Below are positions 28,245-37,418 of a stretch of DNA of 39,456 nucleotides, piece by piece. The DNA lies in the IMG/VR virus record IMGVR_UViG_3300020045_004814, positions 1-39,456 of that record. The stretch is one strand, 5' to 3'. The first letter of the stretch is position 1, and each line of letters begins with the position of its first letter. A program made the translations under genes and the position numbers. This stretch comes from a virus (Duplodnaviria > Caudoviricetes). The notes under the pieces are model-generated. The model did no database searches. It was not told where the DNA came from and saw only the letters and a program-made list of their open reading frames with translations.

Positions 28245-29908
28245 AATTTTTCTATTTTAATTATTGGTTTGATTTCTTCAATTTTATAGTGACTATCTAA
28301 TTTTGATTTTATTGATTTCAATAAATTTTCGAAAGTTCGCATTGATTTTCTTTCGAAAGATACTGCAAATGTTTTCATAGGTTTTGATAAAATTTCTTTT
28401 AATGAATCGTGAAATTTTCCATTTTGCAAAGATTTTTCATAACTTCCTTTAGTGACGTATCGATAAATAAATAAATCAACTATTGAATTAATTAAAATAG
28501 TGTAGGCAAAAGACAAATCTTTATCATTTTTTTTAGTATATTTTACTATTTTGTAACCGTCTGGAATTGGGTACTCGTCAACAAGTACAGCAACCGCATT
28601 ACTTAAAACTTCTTTTTTCTTAAACTCTAATTTTTCAAAACCACATTCCGGACATTGTAATAAAGATTTAGAATGTAATGATCCACATTCTTGACAAAGA
28701 ATTACATTTTCTAGCGGTTCTTTTTTTGGTCTAGGCTTTTCATTAGTTCCGTAAAAATGTGCTTCCCAATCTACAAAATCCTGCCATTTCCCGTGAGCTT
28801 CAATATTACCCCCTAAATCAGTAACTTTAAAAAACTCCTTAAAAATAGTATCGCATTTACGACCACCTCTGCCAATCATTTGATGGTATAAGGTAATTGA
28901 CTTTGTAGCCTTGTTTAAAATCATTCCTTGTAAACTAGGCTCATCAAATCCTGTTGTTAATATTCCAACGTTTAAAAGTATTGCATCTGGTGTGTTTTTA
29001 AACCATTCTAAAACTTCTGTTTGATTTTCACAATCGTTAACGCTGTCAATCATTTTCACGTTAGTATAACCAGCTTCAATAAATTGGTTGTAAACAGATA
29101 AATTAGTTTTTGTACTACTGTTGAAAATTAACGTTTTTTCTCCTTTGTGTATTTTTTCATATTGCAAAACTACATTAGCAACCGAACCACTACTTGAAAA
29201 TTCTTCGTCATCATAATCATTTGTTCGGCTATCAATTTTTAAATCTGAATGATGCACTTTCCCAAAATCATAATATAATGGTGCGATTAAACGACCGCTT
29301 TCAATTAGCTCAGCAATTGAAGTACCGATAATAATATGTTCGAATATTTCAGATAAGGTGTATTTCCTTGTGTACTCAAACATTTCTACATTACAACAAA
29401 TATCAATTGTATCTGAAATAGTTCCGCATCTTGTACACTTACAAAAAGATACTCTTTTATCTACTGATGGCGTTCCAGAAAAAGCCAAAACTTTTGCATT
29501 TTGAAAATAAGGGAATATTTCAGAAAATAATAATAAATGTGCTTCATCACAAATAATCAATCCTATATCTTTTACAAAGTCAGGATTTACTTTTAATCTA
29601 TTTTTTAACGTCTGGATCATTGCTACGTATGAATTAGATTGATGGTTTAACACTTTTTTTGAAGCTACAACCGTTTCAACACTCATACCTATTTTACGCA
29701 AAGTTTCAGTAGATTGTTTTACTAAAATTTCTCTATTTACTACTATTAATGATTTTTGGCTTGTTTCTAAAAACCATTGTTTAGCAATAAAAGAAAATAT
29801 TGCAGTTTTTCCGCCACCTGTTGGCAATTGAAAAAGTAATCGATTCTTTTGTTTTAAAGTTTCAATTATTTTATTTATAGATATTTCTTGGTCTGGGTAT
29901 GGTTTCAT
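28241..29908 (-). CDS. SF2 DEAD/DEAH helicase (RadD/YejH-like) with zinc ribbons
   Basis: LPTGGGKT, DEAH, SGTP, TTGFDEP, QMIGRGGR, CxxC pairs. Confidence 0.9.
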   Translation of the reverse strand: MKPYPDQEISINKIIETLKQKNRLLFQLPTGGGKTAIFSFIAKQWFLETSQKSLIVVNREILVKQSTETLRKIGMSVETVVASKKVLNHQSNSYVAMIQTLKNRLKVNPDFVKDIGLIICDEAHLLLFSEIFPYFQNAKVLAFSGTPSVDKRVSFCKCTRCGTISDTIDICCNVEMFEYTRKYTLSEIFEHIIIGTSIAELIESGRLIAPLYYDFGKVHHSDLKIDSRTNDYDDEEFSSSGSVANVVLQYEKIHKGEKTLIFNSSTKTNLSVYNQFIEAGYTNVKMIDSVNDCENQTEVLEWFKNTPDAILLNVGILTTGFDEPSLQGMILNKATKSITLYHQMIGRGGRKCDTIFKEFFKVTDLGGNIEAHGKWQDFVDWEAHFYGTNEKPRPKKEPLENVILCQECGSLHSKSLLQCPECGFEKLEFKKKEVLSNAVAVLVDEYPIPDGYKIVKYTKKNDKDLSFAYTILINSIVDLFIYRYVTKGSYEKSLQNGKFHDSLKEILSKPMKTFAVSFERKSMRTFENLLKSIKSKLDSHYKIEEIKPIIKIEKL

Positions 29909-30120
29909 TATTGTTTAAAGAATTTTACTTTTAAATAACCTCTTTTTTTATAATATTCTTTTATGTGTGATTTTGGGTTTTTATATTTAAAGTCCTTAAT
30001 AAAAACTAAATAAATAGTAGTACCATATTCAAAAACGTATTCAATATATTCTTTAAATTCGTCTGACTCGTCTAAATGATTAAATTGAAAGTCTGTTTTT
30101 AATAATTCGAATGATTTCAT
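29908..30120 (-). CDS. Hypothetical protein (probable start MKSFELL, 70 aa)
   Basis: The ATG at 30120 follows a structured leader; the called TTG start at 30234 is part of a promoter box. Confidence 0.6.
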   Translation of the reverse strand: MKSFELLKTDFQFNHLDESDEFKEYIEYVFEYGTTIYLVFIKDFKYKNPKSHIKEYYKKRGYLKVKFFKQ

Positions 30121-30239
30121 AATAAATAGTATTAAATGACAAAATCCCAATAGGCTCTCACACTCTATTGGGATTCGTCGGTTACGCATTTCGGCGTTAT
30201 ACTTTTGACGCAAGTGAGAGATTGCTGAATACAAACCTA
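30121..30239 (-). promoter_or_regulatory. Promoter plus kissing-loop leader RNA no. 1
   Basis: TAGGTTTG 30232-30239; hairpin GCAA-TCTCTCAC-TTGC; later hairpin AATCCCAATAG...CTATTGGGATT whose loop contains GTGAGAG. Confidence 0.7.
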
Positions 30240-30240
30240 C

Positions 30241-30278
30241 AAAAAATAATCCGAACTTAAAAATTAAATTCGGATTAA
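30241..30278 (-). terminator. Terminator after the SSB gene
   Basis: TAATCCGAA...TTCGGATTA followed by TTTTTT. Confidence 0.7.
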
Positions 30279-30317
30279 ATCAAAAGTTTTTATGAGTAAT
30301 TGCAGATTAGGATTGTT

Positions 30318-30680
30318 TCAGAAAGGTAAGTCATCTGCTTCCTCTTCTTTAAAATTAGTATCTGGCGTAAATGAATCTTGTGGTTGTGGTGTAAATGTAG
30401 GCGCATCAGATAATTTCTCAACGCGCCACCCTTTAATGCTATTAAAGTACTTTGTTTCGCCTTGTGGATTAACCCACTCTCTACCTCCTAAATTAATATG
30501 TACAGTAACTTTATCCCCAACGTTTAAACCGTTCAACAAATCCGCTTTATCCTGCGAAAACTCAATTAATATTGACTGTGGGTAAGTTTCATCAGTTTCG
30601 ATTACTAATTCCCTTTTTTTAAATGATGCACTTACTTGCTGTTCTGCACCAATTACTTTTACTTTTCCTAAAATTTCCAT
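30318..30680 (-). CDS. Single-stranded DNA-binding protein (DUF3127 type)
   Basis: FKKRELVI...YPQ..IEF.QDK...GREW...YFNSIKGW; acidic DDLPF tail. Confidence 0.9.
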   Translation of the reverse strand: MEILGKVKVIGAEQQVSASFKKRELVIETDETYPQSILIEFSQDKADLLNGLNVGDKVTVHINLGGREWVNPQGETKYFNSIKGWRVEKLSDAPTFTPQPQDSFTPDTNFKEEEADDLPF

Positions 30681-31288
30681 TGTTTATTTTTATTTAATTG
30701 TTTAATAAATTCGTTTTTAATTTCTGTTGCCTCTTTAATTCTTTCGTTGATTAAATCTATTGTAGATTGGCAACGTTTAACTATAATTTCGTGCCAATAT
30801 TCTACGCCATCAATAACACAATAATTGAAAAAATACGCTTGTTCAGAATCAGTATCGTCAATTTGTTTTTGCATTTGGTAAAAGTAGTTTTTATTAACTT
30901 CGTTTGATACTACTAATTTAAAAAAAGTATCGACTTTAGGACATTTAATTTCTAAAACCGACTTATCACTAACTAAACCATCTGGACTACTACCGCTATT
31001 TTCATTTTTACTTATAAAGCCACAAGTAGAAACATCGATAAAGTTCATAGCTTTTAATTCTGAAAACTTGGCAAACGCCAAAGGCTCTAAATCAATACCT
31101 CTTTGCATATCGTAAGATACATAATCACTATCGGTAACTCCAAAAACTTGTTCAATAGCTTTTTCAATAGCGTAAGTTTTCCCAGTTTCTCCAAGCCCTT
31201 TAATTCCCATTAATTTATAAATTTCTGAGGCTGTAAACTTACCAACTCTTTCTAAATACCAACTATCTACACGTTGTAAATTATCCAT
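30668..31288 (-). CDS. YqaJ/lambda-exonuclease family protein
   Basis: W...R.G.FTASE, G..LEP.A, SPDGLV, EIKCP, Y.QMQ. Confidence 0.9.
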   Translation of the reverse strand: MDNLQRVDSWYLERVGKFTASEIYKLMGIKGLGETGKTYAIEKAIEQVFGVTDSDYVSYDMQRGIDLEPLAFAKFSELKAMNFIDVSTCGFISKNENSGSSPDGLVSDKSVLEIKCPKVDTFFKLVVSNEVNKNYFYQMQKQIDDTDSEQAYFFNYCVIDGVEYWHEIIVKRCQSTIDLINERIKEATEIKNEFIKQLNKNKQWKF

Positions 31289-31755
31289 AATTTTTCTATT
31301 TCAGGCGTTAGTGTATAGAGTTCTTTAATTTTCTCAATTGTAGCTTTTGCATTTTTAGCTGCTTCAAAATTTGCTTCTGTAAACAAAGGTTTTTCTTTAG
31401 GTTGTAATTTTGGTTGGATTGGTTTTATTCTCATACCTCCAACTATTTGACCTTTCATTTTTACATTTGAATCAACGTATAATTCAATAGGTATGTTTTT
31501 CCAATTATCAGTATCAGTACTTTTACCCTCTGAAAATCCACGAATAATTCCAGCGTTGCCAGCATTTAAAACCATTGGTTTAATTGGTTCTACAAAGTAA
31601 GCAATGTTAAAATCTCCACGATTTCCAGCCACTACTGCATTTTCTTGTTTTACTTCTTTAATTGTAAAAATCAATTGTTTTTCTTGCTCTAACATTTCTT
31701 CTAAATCTACCACTCCCAAGTGATCCGATTTATAAACTTTTCTGTAATTTGCCAT
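31267..31755 (-). CDS. Probable ssDNA annealing/binding partner of the exonuclease (start MANYRK)
   Basis: Adjacent to YqaJ and SSB; KPMVLNA.N...W...IELY...G....G.RI pattern; function is positional inference. Confidence 0.55.
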   Translation of the reverse strand: MANYRKVYKSDHLGVVDLEEMLEQEKQLIFTIKEVKQENAVVAGNRGDFNIAYFVEPIKPMVLNAGNAGIIRGFSEGKSTDTDNWKNIPIELYVDSNVKMKGQIVGGMRIKPIQPKLQPKEKPLFTEANFEAAKNAKATIEKIKELYTLTPEIEKLWIIYNV

Positions 31756-31765
31756 AATTTTTAAT

Positions 31766-31915
31766 TTAATATCTATTTCCGTTAGTAATTTGTTGTAATA
31801 ATTCGAGGAATATGTACACAAAAAGAAGTGCAATAGTTCCGATAAAAAAATGCGTGTTGTAAAATATACCTAGTAGTATTGATACTGCGCATAGGGATAG
31901 GATGGTTAGTTTCAT
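31766..31915 (-). CDS. Small 2-TM membrane protein (49 aa)
   Basis: Hand-translated MKLTILSLCAVSILLGIFY...; ATGA overlap. Confidence 0.5.
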   Translation of the reverse strand: MKLTILSLCAVSILLGIFYNTHFFIGTIALLFVYIFLELLQQITNGNRY

Positions 31916-32064
31916 AACTTATTAATTTTTTCGATTTCTAATTTTTTCCAAGTGTCGTTTTCTATTCGGGAGTTGAGGGTTTTGTGAGTTATACCCAATT
32001 TCTCTGCTAGTTCGTACTTTGGCATCTTTACCAAAATACGCTGTACTTTGTCGTTTGTTGTCAT
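31912..32064 (-). CDS. Small Cro-like HTH protein (50 aa)
   Basis: Hand-translated MTTNDKVQRILVKMPKYELAEKLGITHKTLNSRIENDTWKKLE... Confidence 0.7.
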   Translation of the reverse strand: MTTNDKVQRILVKMPKYELAEKLGITHKTLNSRIENDTWKKLEIEKINKL

Positions 32065-32067
32065 ATT

Positions 32068-32412
32068 TTATTTGTTTAGTAAATTAAAAACTTGTAATTT
32101 TTCTTCGTCTGAGAATTGCTTGTCCCTAAACCAATAATATATTTTTTTACGCTTATTTTCTGCATTCGCTTCTTTTATTATTTCATTTGTCTGTATAAAC
32201 CATCTTTTGTAACTATCCCCATATTGAGAGAAACAATATATATCTTTATTATACCAATCAACTTTAGGATCATTGATTATTTTATAACCATTTGATAGTA
32301 TAGCTTGCGTTTTTGTTATTCTTTCAACAGTACCAAATATATAATCGGTAAACTGAGTATACCTGCTTGAACTTTTTTGATACAATTTATCACCGACTTT
32401 TAATTTTTCCAT
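32068..32412 (-). CDS. Hypothetical protein
   Basis: LKVGDKL...VERITKTQAILSNG pattern. Confidence 0.7.
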   Translation of the reverse strand: MEKLKVGDKLYQKSSSRYTQFTDYIFGTVERITKTQAILSNGYKIINDPKVDWYNKDIYCFSQYGDSYKRWFIQTNEIIKEANAENKRKKIYYWFRDKQFSDEEKLQVFNLLNK

Positions 32413-32442
32413 AATCTTGTAATTTTACTAGGTTAATATTCT

Positions 32443-32480
32443 AAAAAAACCGCTTGTCTTTCAAACGGTTTTCAAATATA
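32443..32480 (-). terminator. Terminator hairpin abutting a TATATTTG promoter box
   Basis: AAAACCGTTTG-AAAGA-CAAGCGGTTTTTTT at 32443-32472; box at 32473-32480. Confidence 0.6.
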
Positions 32481-32533
32481 CAACTCTTTTTTAAATTGGC
32501 AATAGGTTAGATGTTGTTTTTAATTGGTTTAAA

Positions 32534-34714
32534 TTAGAATAGAGTTAAAGTGCTATTTTTCTCTTGAACAAAGTCTTTATGATTTTTTGCGTTCAAAGCG
32601 AAATAACTTTCTTTAAGTTCAATCGATATGCTTTTACGATTCATTTTAATTGCAGTGCAACCCTCAGATCCAATGCCACCGAAAGGGCTTAAAACCGTGT
32701 CACCCTCATTGGAATATAAATGCAATATCCTTTCAATAGTATCTAATTGTAAAGGGCAAATATGTTTTTCATCATTTCCATCACGTCCAGAACGATATTG
32801 TAAGGTTCTCGAATAATCAATATCATACCAAACTGGCGATGCATATTTTTGCCATAAGTCAACTGGCAAATAATCTAATTTTGAACTATCAGTATCTTGG
32901 TGCGTAATTGGGTTTTGATTTTCGCCCTCGTTTCTAAAAAATAAAACATAATCTGGGATGCCAACTCTAGACATTATACTGTCTTTTTTTATGGTTTTAT
33001 GTAACAATCCTAATGCTTTTGTGCGTTGCATTTCTGTAACTGGATTTTTCCACAATGTAACTTTTGAATGATAAATAAATCCCTCTTTTTGAAACCAATC
33101 AATTAACATTCCGCTAAAGTCACGCAATCCGATATAGCCCTCTTTACCCTTTTGTATTGGTAAATCCATACAATGAATAGCACACATACGACCGCTTTTT
33201 AATGTTCGTTTTAACTCAGGTATAAGATATTTAAAATGAGTTTCAAATTGTTTATAATCGCTAACATTTCCCATATCCTCTTCTTTATCGCTGTAAACAT
33301 ATAACTCAGCAAATGGTGGGCTAAATACAATTACATCAACGCAATTATCCGGTAGCTTTGCAGTTTCTTGAACGCAATCGCCATTTATTAAATGATACTC
33401 ATCTGTTTTTATTTCTTTATTCATAACTTTTACTTTTGATTTTGCTTTTTTATAATTAGTTTCTGCAGAATATCTAGACATTTCTTTTATACGTTCAAAG
33501 TGTTGTTTTTCTTTCTCTAAAATAGTATTTCTTACATTTACTTGACTTTCAGGAATAAGAATGTGAACGGTTACTTTATTCTTTTGCCCGAACCTATAAC
33601 AACGTCTAACCGCTTGGTAAAATGCTTCAAATTTAAAATCATAAGACATAAATATCATTTGATTACATTGTTGGTAATTCATACCAAACGAAGCAATAGA
33701 AGTCTTTGTAATAAGTGTTTTAAATTCATTATTAGCAAATCCATTTAAATATTTGGCTTTGTATTCAGGTTTGTCCGAACCTTGCACATTAATTGAATTT
33801 GGAAGTAATTTTGATAATGTATCAGTTTCTTGGTTTTTTAATCCCCAAACAATCCATTGGTTATCATTTGAATTAACAAGTTCTAATGTTTTTTCAATTC
33901 TTGCATCAAATGACCTATTCAAATCTTTGTGTAACTCCGTAGCTGAAACTGCAACATCACCAAATAAATTTTCGCTAAGATTATCTACTTTTATAATGTG
34001 CTCAATATATTCTATTTCTGGCAAATTATACCCTTCTGAATTAAAACCTAAACTACTAGGATTGTCAATTGCCATACTCCATCCTGATACATATTTCCAG
34101 AAGTTGTCGGCAGCGTGTTTTCTTAATCTCCATTTTGAAGTTTCGCCTCCGTCGTGAACAAAATACATAGCTAACATTTCTAAATAACTCATACCTCCTA
34201 AAAACTCAGAATGCTGTCCTAATTCCATATGGTCATTTGGACTTGGTGTAGCGGTACAGCAAAGTTTATAAGGTGTAGTTTTAAAGGTTTCAATTATCAA
34301 ACTAGACAATTTACCGTCACGTCCTTTTAATATTGAACTCTCATCTAAAACCACTCCTGAATAAATAGATACATCGGTATTTTTTAACTGATCATAATTT
34401 GTAATATCAAATACATCAATATCGATTCCGAACTTTACAGCTTCATTTTTTGTCTGTTCAACAATTGCTAAAGGTGCAAGTATTAAAACTTTCTTTTTAG
34501 TCTTTTTTGATACTTGTTTTGACCATTCTAATTGACAAAAAGTTTTGCCTAAACCGCAATCAAAGAAAAAAGCAAATTTACCTTTAAACAATGCCGTTTT
34601 AACTCCAAACTTTTGAAAGTCTTTTAACATTGGATTCAAATTTGACTCTTTAAGTTCAAAACCACTTTCGATAAAAGTTTTACGTTTTGTTTCTAAAAAC
34701 TTGTCATATTCCAT
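32534..34714 (-). CDS. SNF2-like helicase fused to an N4-C/N6-A DNA methyltransferase
   Basis: DCGLGKT, LDESS, TATPSPND, GMNYQ, QAVRRCYRFGQ; then GDC, FSPPF (motif IV), HICPLQ, SPFGGIGS (motif I) in beta-class order. Confidence 0.9.
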   Translation of the reverse strand: MEYDKFLETKRKTFIESGFELKESNLNPMLKDFQKFGVKTALFKGKFAFFFDCGLGKTFCQLEWSKQVSKKTKKKVLILAPLAIVEQTKNEAVKFGIDIDVFDITNYDQLKNTDVSIYSGVVLDESSILKGRDGKLSSLIIETFKTTPYKLCCTATPSPNDHMELGQHSEFLGGMSYLEMLAMYFVHDGGETSKWRLRKHAADNFWKYVSGWSMAIDNPSSLGFNSEGYNLPEIEYIEHIIKVDNLSENLFGDVAVSATELHKDLNRSFDARIEKTLELVNSNDNQWIVWGLKNQETDTLSKLLPNSINVQGSDKPEYKAKYLNGFANNEFKTLITKTSIASFGMNYQQCNQMIFMSYDFKFEAFYQAVRRCYRFGQKNKVTVHILIPESQVNVRNTILEKEKQHFERIKEMSRYSAETNYKKAKSKVKVMNKEIKTDEYHLINGDCVQETAKLPDNCVDVIVFSPPFAELYVYSDKEEDMGNVSDYKQFETHFKYLIPELKRTLKSGRMCAIHCMDLPIQKGKEGYIGLRDFSGMLIDWFQKEGFIYHSKVTLWKNPVTEMQRTKALGLLHKTIKKDSIMSRVGIPDYVLFFRNEGENQNPITHQDTDSSKLDYLPVDLWQKYASPVWYDIDYSRTLQYRSGRDGNDEKHICPLQLDTIERILHLYSNEGDTVLSPFGGIGSEGCTAIKMNRKSISIELKESYFALNAKNHKDFVQEKNSTLTLF

Positions 34715-34836
34715 AATTCTATTAAATTAAAAATGCCTTATTTTTACTAATACGACTGGAACTCGTACTTTCAAAATAAGGCTGTTATGTTTTTTCTCGA
34801 GGTAGTTCCAGTACCTTTAATCGATATGCGAATGTA
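34715..34836 (-). promoter_or_regulatory. Promoter-like box plus kissing-loop leader RNA no. 2
   Basis: TACATTCG 34829-34836; hairpin AGGTA-CTGGAAC-TACCT; hairpin GCCTTATTTT...TACGA-GTTCCAG-TCGTA...AAAATAAGGC followed by ATTTTT. Confidence 0.7.
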
Positions 34837-34837
34837 A

Positions 34838-35146
34838 TCAATAATAACAAGTATTGCAAAATTTAATATCTTTTTTACGTATGCTATTAATTTTTATTTG
34901 CAACTCTTGAAAATCCTTATATTTTATATTGTTTTCATAAAGTTTTAAGGCGTGTATTACTGTTGCGTGGTTTCTATTGAAATAAGAGCCCAAAGCTCTC
35001 AAAGTTATATGAGTGCTACTGTATATCTTTTTTATTAAAATAGCTCTTAAAAATACATTTAATTGATTTTTATTTGCATCTTTTAGATTTACTTTAAAAC
35101 TTTTATTTGTTTCTTTTATAAGTAATTCAATTTCTATATCTTTCAT
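34838..35146 (-). CDS. DnaA C-terminal-like HTH protein
   Basis: TLRALGSYFNRNHATVIHAL matches the DnaA domain IV signature (RDHTTVIHA). Confidence 0.8.
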   Translation of the reverse strand: MKDIEIELLIKETNKSFKVNLKDANKNQLNVFLRAILIKKIYSSTHITLRALGSYFNRNHATVIHALKLYENNIKYKDFQELQIKINSIRKKDIKFCNTCYY

Positions 35147-35481
35147 CTCAAAACTTTATTAGTAATTCCGTTCATACTTTTTTTATCTTTGTCGTAAGCA
35201 TCAATCATATAACAAATATTTTCCATATCGTAAATAGGTACTTTAGAAACTCGTTTAATGAAGTTTTCAAATACTTGATAAACGTGGTCTGTACTTTCGC
35301 TTTGGGCTTCAAAAAACTTATCGTAGTGATCCGATTCCGCTTTTATTAGCTCAGGTGTAATTCCGTTAAGTTTATTTTTTAACACTCCTTTATAGTAAGG
35401 TGTGTGTTTTATCGCTTCAAGTTGGTTTGATGCAATTTGCGTACTCATTACGCTTGTGGTAATTTTATCTACTAATTCCAT
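35143..35481 (-). CDS. Hypothetical protein
   Basis: ATGA-coupled ORF. Confidence 0.7.
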   Translation of the reverse strand: MELVDKITTSVMSTQIASNQLEAIKHTPYYKGVLKNKLNGITPELIKAESDHYDKFFEAQSESTDHVYQVFENFIKRVSKVPIYDMENICYMIDAYDKDKKSMNGITNKVLR

Positions 35482-35483
35482 AA

Positions 35484-36299
35484 CTAATAATTTTCGCTTA
35501 TACGTCTAACAAGTTCTCCAAGTTCAGAATCGTTTGGATTGTTTTTAATTTCAGATAAAGGTATTTTAATGTAGGTTTCTTTTGGGATTATGGTTGCCCA
35601 TTGACCGTTATCGAAAATACAATTAGCCCAACCTATTTTTCCATGCCATAATTTATTGTATTCTAAAAAATAACAATCAACTACATTCAAATCAGTATGT
35701 TCTGGTAAATCTAAACACTTATAATTACCATTTTTAAACCCCCTCTTAACCGCCTCGTTTTTCAACGCTTCAAATACTTCTTTTTCGGTTGATTTTATAA
35801 ATTTACCATTATGTTCATATTTAAGCCATTCACAATTATCAAACCAAGTTTTATAAACACAAATACCATATCCTTCACCATTTTTTATATTAAACTGAAT
35901 TGCTCCGTTTAAAAAAGTATACCAAGTATTATCTTCTAACTCTTTCTCAAACAACTCCGGAAATTCTTTTTTAATAATTTCTTCGCTGAAAGAATTGTTT
36001 TCTGCTAATTGTAGTAATGTAGATTTTTTGATTTGTAGGGTTTCTTCTACAAATTCAATGCCTTGTTTAGAAGTAAGCAACTCTGTATCTCCTGATTTTA
36101 TAAAATACAATACAGTTACTTCATCATCGTCTATAGATTTTCCAATAACTTTATAATCTAATTCCTTATAGTTATCAGGATAATAATTTTCTTTAGTGTT
36201 TTTAAATCCTAATTCTATAAACTTTTTTTCGTAAGTTGTGTAAAGATAATTATATGTAATTAATTTCACTTTATCCCCTATTTCAATACTTAGCTTCAT
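35484..36299 (-). CDS. Hypothetical mosaic protein
   Basis: 271 aa ORF; EALKNEAVKRGF...IFDNGQWATII module. Confidence 0.7.
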   Translation of the reverse strand: MKLSIEIGDKVKLITYNYLYTTYEKKFIELGFKNTKENYYPDNYKELDYKVIGKSIDDDEVTVLYFIKSGDTELLTSKQGIEFVEETLQIKKSTLLQLAENNSFSEEIIKKEFPELFEKELEDNTWYTFLNGAIQFNIKNGEGYGICVYKTWFDNCEWLKYEHNGKFIKSTEKEVFEALKNEAVKRGFKNGNYKCLDLPEHTDLNVVDCYFLEYNKLWHGKIGWANCIFDNGQWATIIPKETYIKIPLSEIKNNPNDSELGELVRRISENY

Positions 36300-36301
36300 A
36301 A

Positions 36302-36478
36302 TTATAATGTTTCATGGTTAATAACTTCGATTTGTGAGGCATCGTCTACTATTCCGTTTAATAGTTCTCTAGCCTCTTTTAGTTTGTCCTCAAGGTAAGC
36401 GTTTCTTTTCTGTAACGCTTCTATTTGAAGTGCCTGGAACTGTTCTAAGTCCGTTTTAGGTGTTGTTGTAGTATTCAT
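36302..36478 (-). CDS. Small coiled-coil protein (58 aa, ...DLEQFQALQIEALQKRN...)
   Basis: Hand-translated; A-rich leader. Confidence 0.65.
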   Translation of the reverse strand: MNTTTTPKTDLEQFQALQIEALQKRNAYLEDKLKEARELLNGIVDDASQIEVINHETL

Positions 36479-36536
36479 AATGTTTTCTTTGTTTTAGTGT
36501 GTATTTTATGATTCAATCGACGAGTTATGCCTCATT

Positions 36537-37418
36537 TTAAAGACCACAGTACCCTGAATCACATTCGTTAAAATCAGAGGAGACTAAATGATGTGTTAAG
36601 TTCATATTTTTTATTCTTTCGTATGTTATATTGTCATCCATTTTGAAAGTATCGTTTTTGTATTTTCTATCTTTCTCAAAATCACTAAATATTTGCATTT
36701 TTTCATTTTCATTTTCCCACATATATTTTAAAAGTAATGGTTCCCGATGAAAGCAACCTACACAATTATTAAATTCAGCAAATCGAACAGGTTTATCTTT
36801 CCAATATTTTTGAATATCATCTTTCCAAGTTGGTTTATTTTCAATAAAAGGGAATACAGGTTTTGAAAATTTAGTTGTGTCCCAAATTTGTTGAGTACCT
36901 TTTTTAGTTTCCTTAAATCCTATAACGTGCTTAAAAGATTCGATTCTATTTTCATCGCAAGTTTTCAATTTTTTTGCCATTCTACTCATTTCGTTTGCAC
37001 GATAACCAATTCTCGTCTCAACAATTTCCTTTATATTTTCTTGCCACCATTCAAAAGCAACTTTCATTTTTAATTCTTCTGTGCAATATCTTCTTAATGG
37101 AGATGGTAAACATCTTGTTCCGTGTTCGGCAATCATTTCATCAAATGAAATTTTACTTGTATTTATTTTAATTGATTGCCCTGTAAATTGTTCTAAATCT
37201 AAAATGGTATAAATACAAGTATCTTGTTCAAGTGTTCCGATAAATTCAAAACCTATTCTATCTGAAATTAATTGACGTGTTTTTTCGTCTTTGCCTTTCA
37301 TAAATAATGCTTTAGGATTATTTGTCCGTACCAATTGAAATATATTGTAGTCAGCAGGAAAATCAACCATTAATTTAGCAGAAGTTTGTCCTCCAGAAAC
37401 ACTATTAACTTTTATCAT
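36537..37418 (-). CDS. PP-loop (PAPS reductase-like, adenine nucleotide alpha-hydrolase) protein with Cys clusters
   Basis: VNSVSGGQTSA, RYCTEELK, IGYRANE..R, NNCVGCF, terminal ECDSGYCGL. Confidence 0.78.
   Translation of the reverse strand: MIKVNSVSGGQTSAKLMVDFPADYNIFQLVRTNNPKALFMKGKDEKTRQLISDRIGFEFIGTLEQDTCIYTILDLEQFTGQSIKINTSKISFDEMIAEHGTRCLPSPLRRYCTEELKMKVAFEWWQENIKEIVETRIGYRANEMSRMAKKLKTCDENRIESFKHVIGFKETKKGTQQIWDTTKFSKPVFPFIENKPTWKDDIQKYWKDKPVRFAEFNNCVGCFHREPLLLKYMWENENEKMQIFSDFEKDRKYKNDTFKMDDNITYERIKNMNLTHHLVSSDFNECDSGYCGL

Noticed and set aside
30121-30234. N-terminal extension of the 29908 ORF from a TTG start
   Set aside because: The TTG is part of the TAGGTTTG promoter box and the region folds as a leader RNA.
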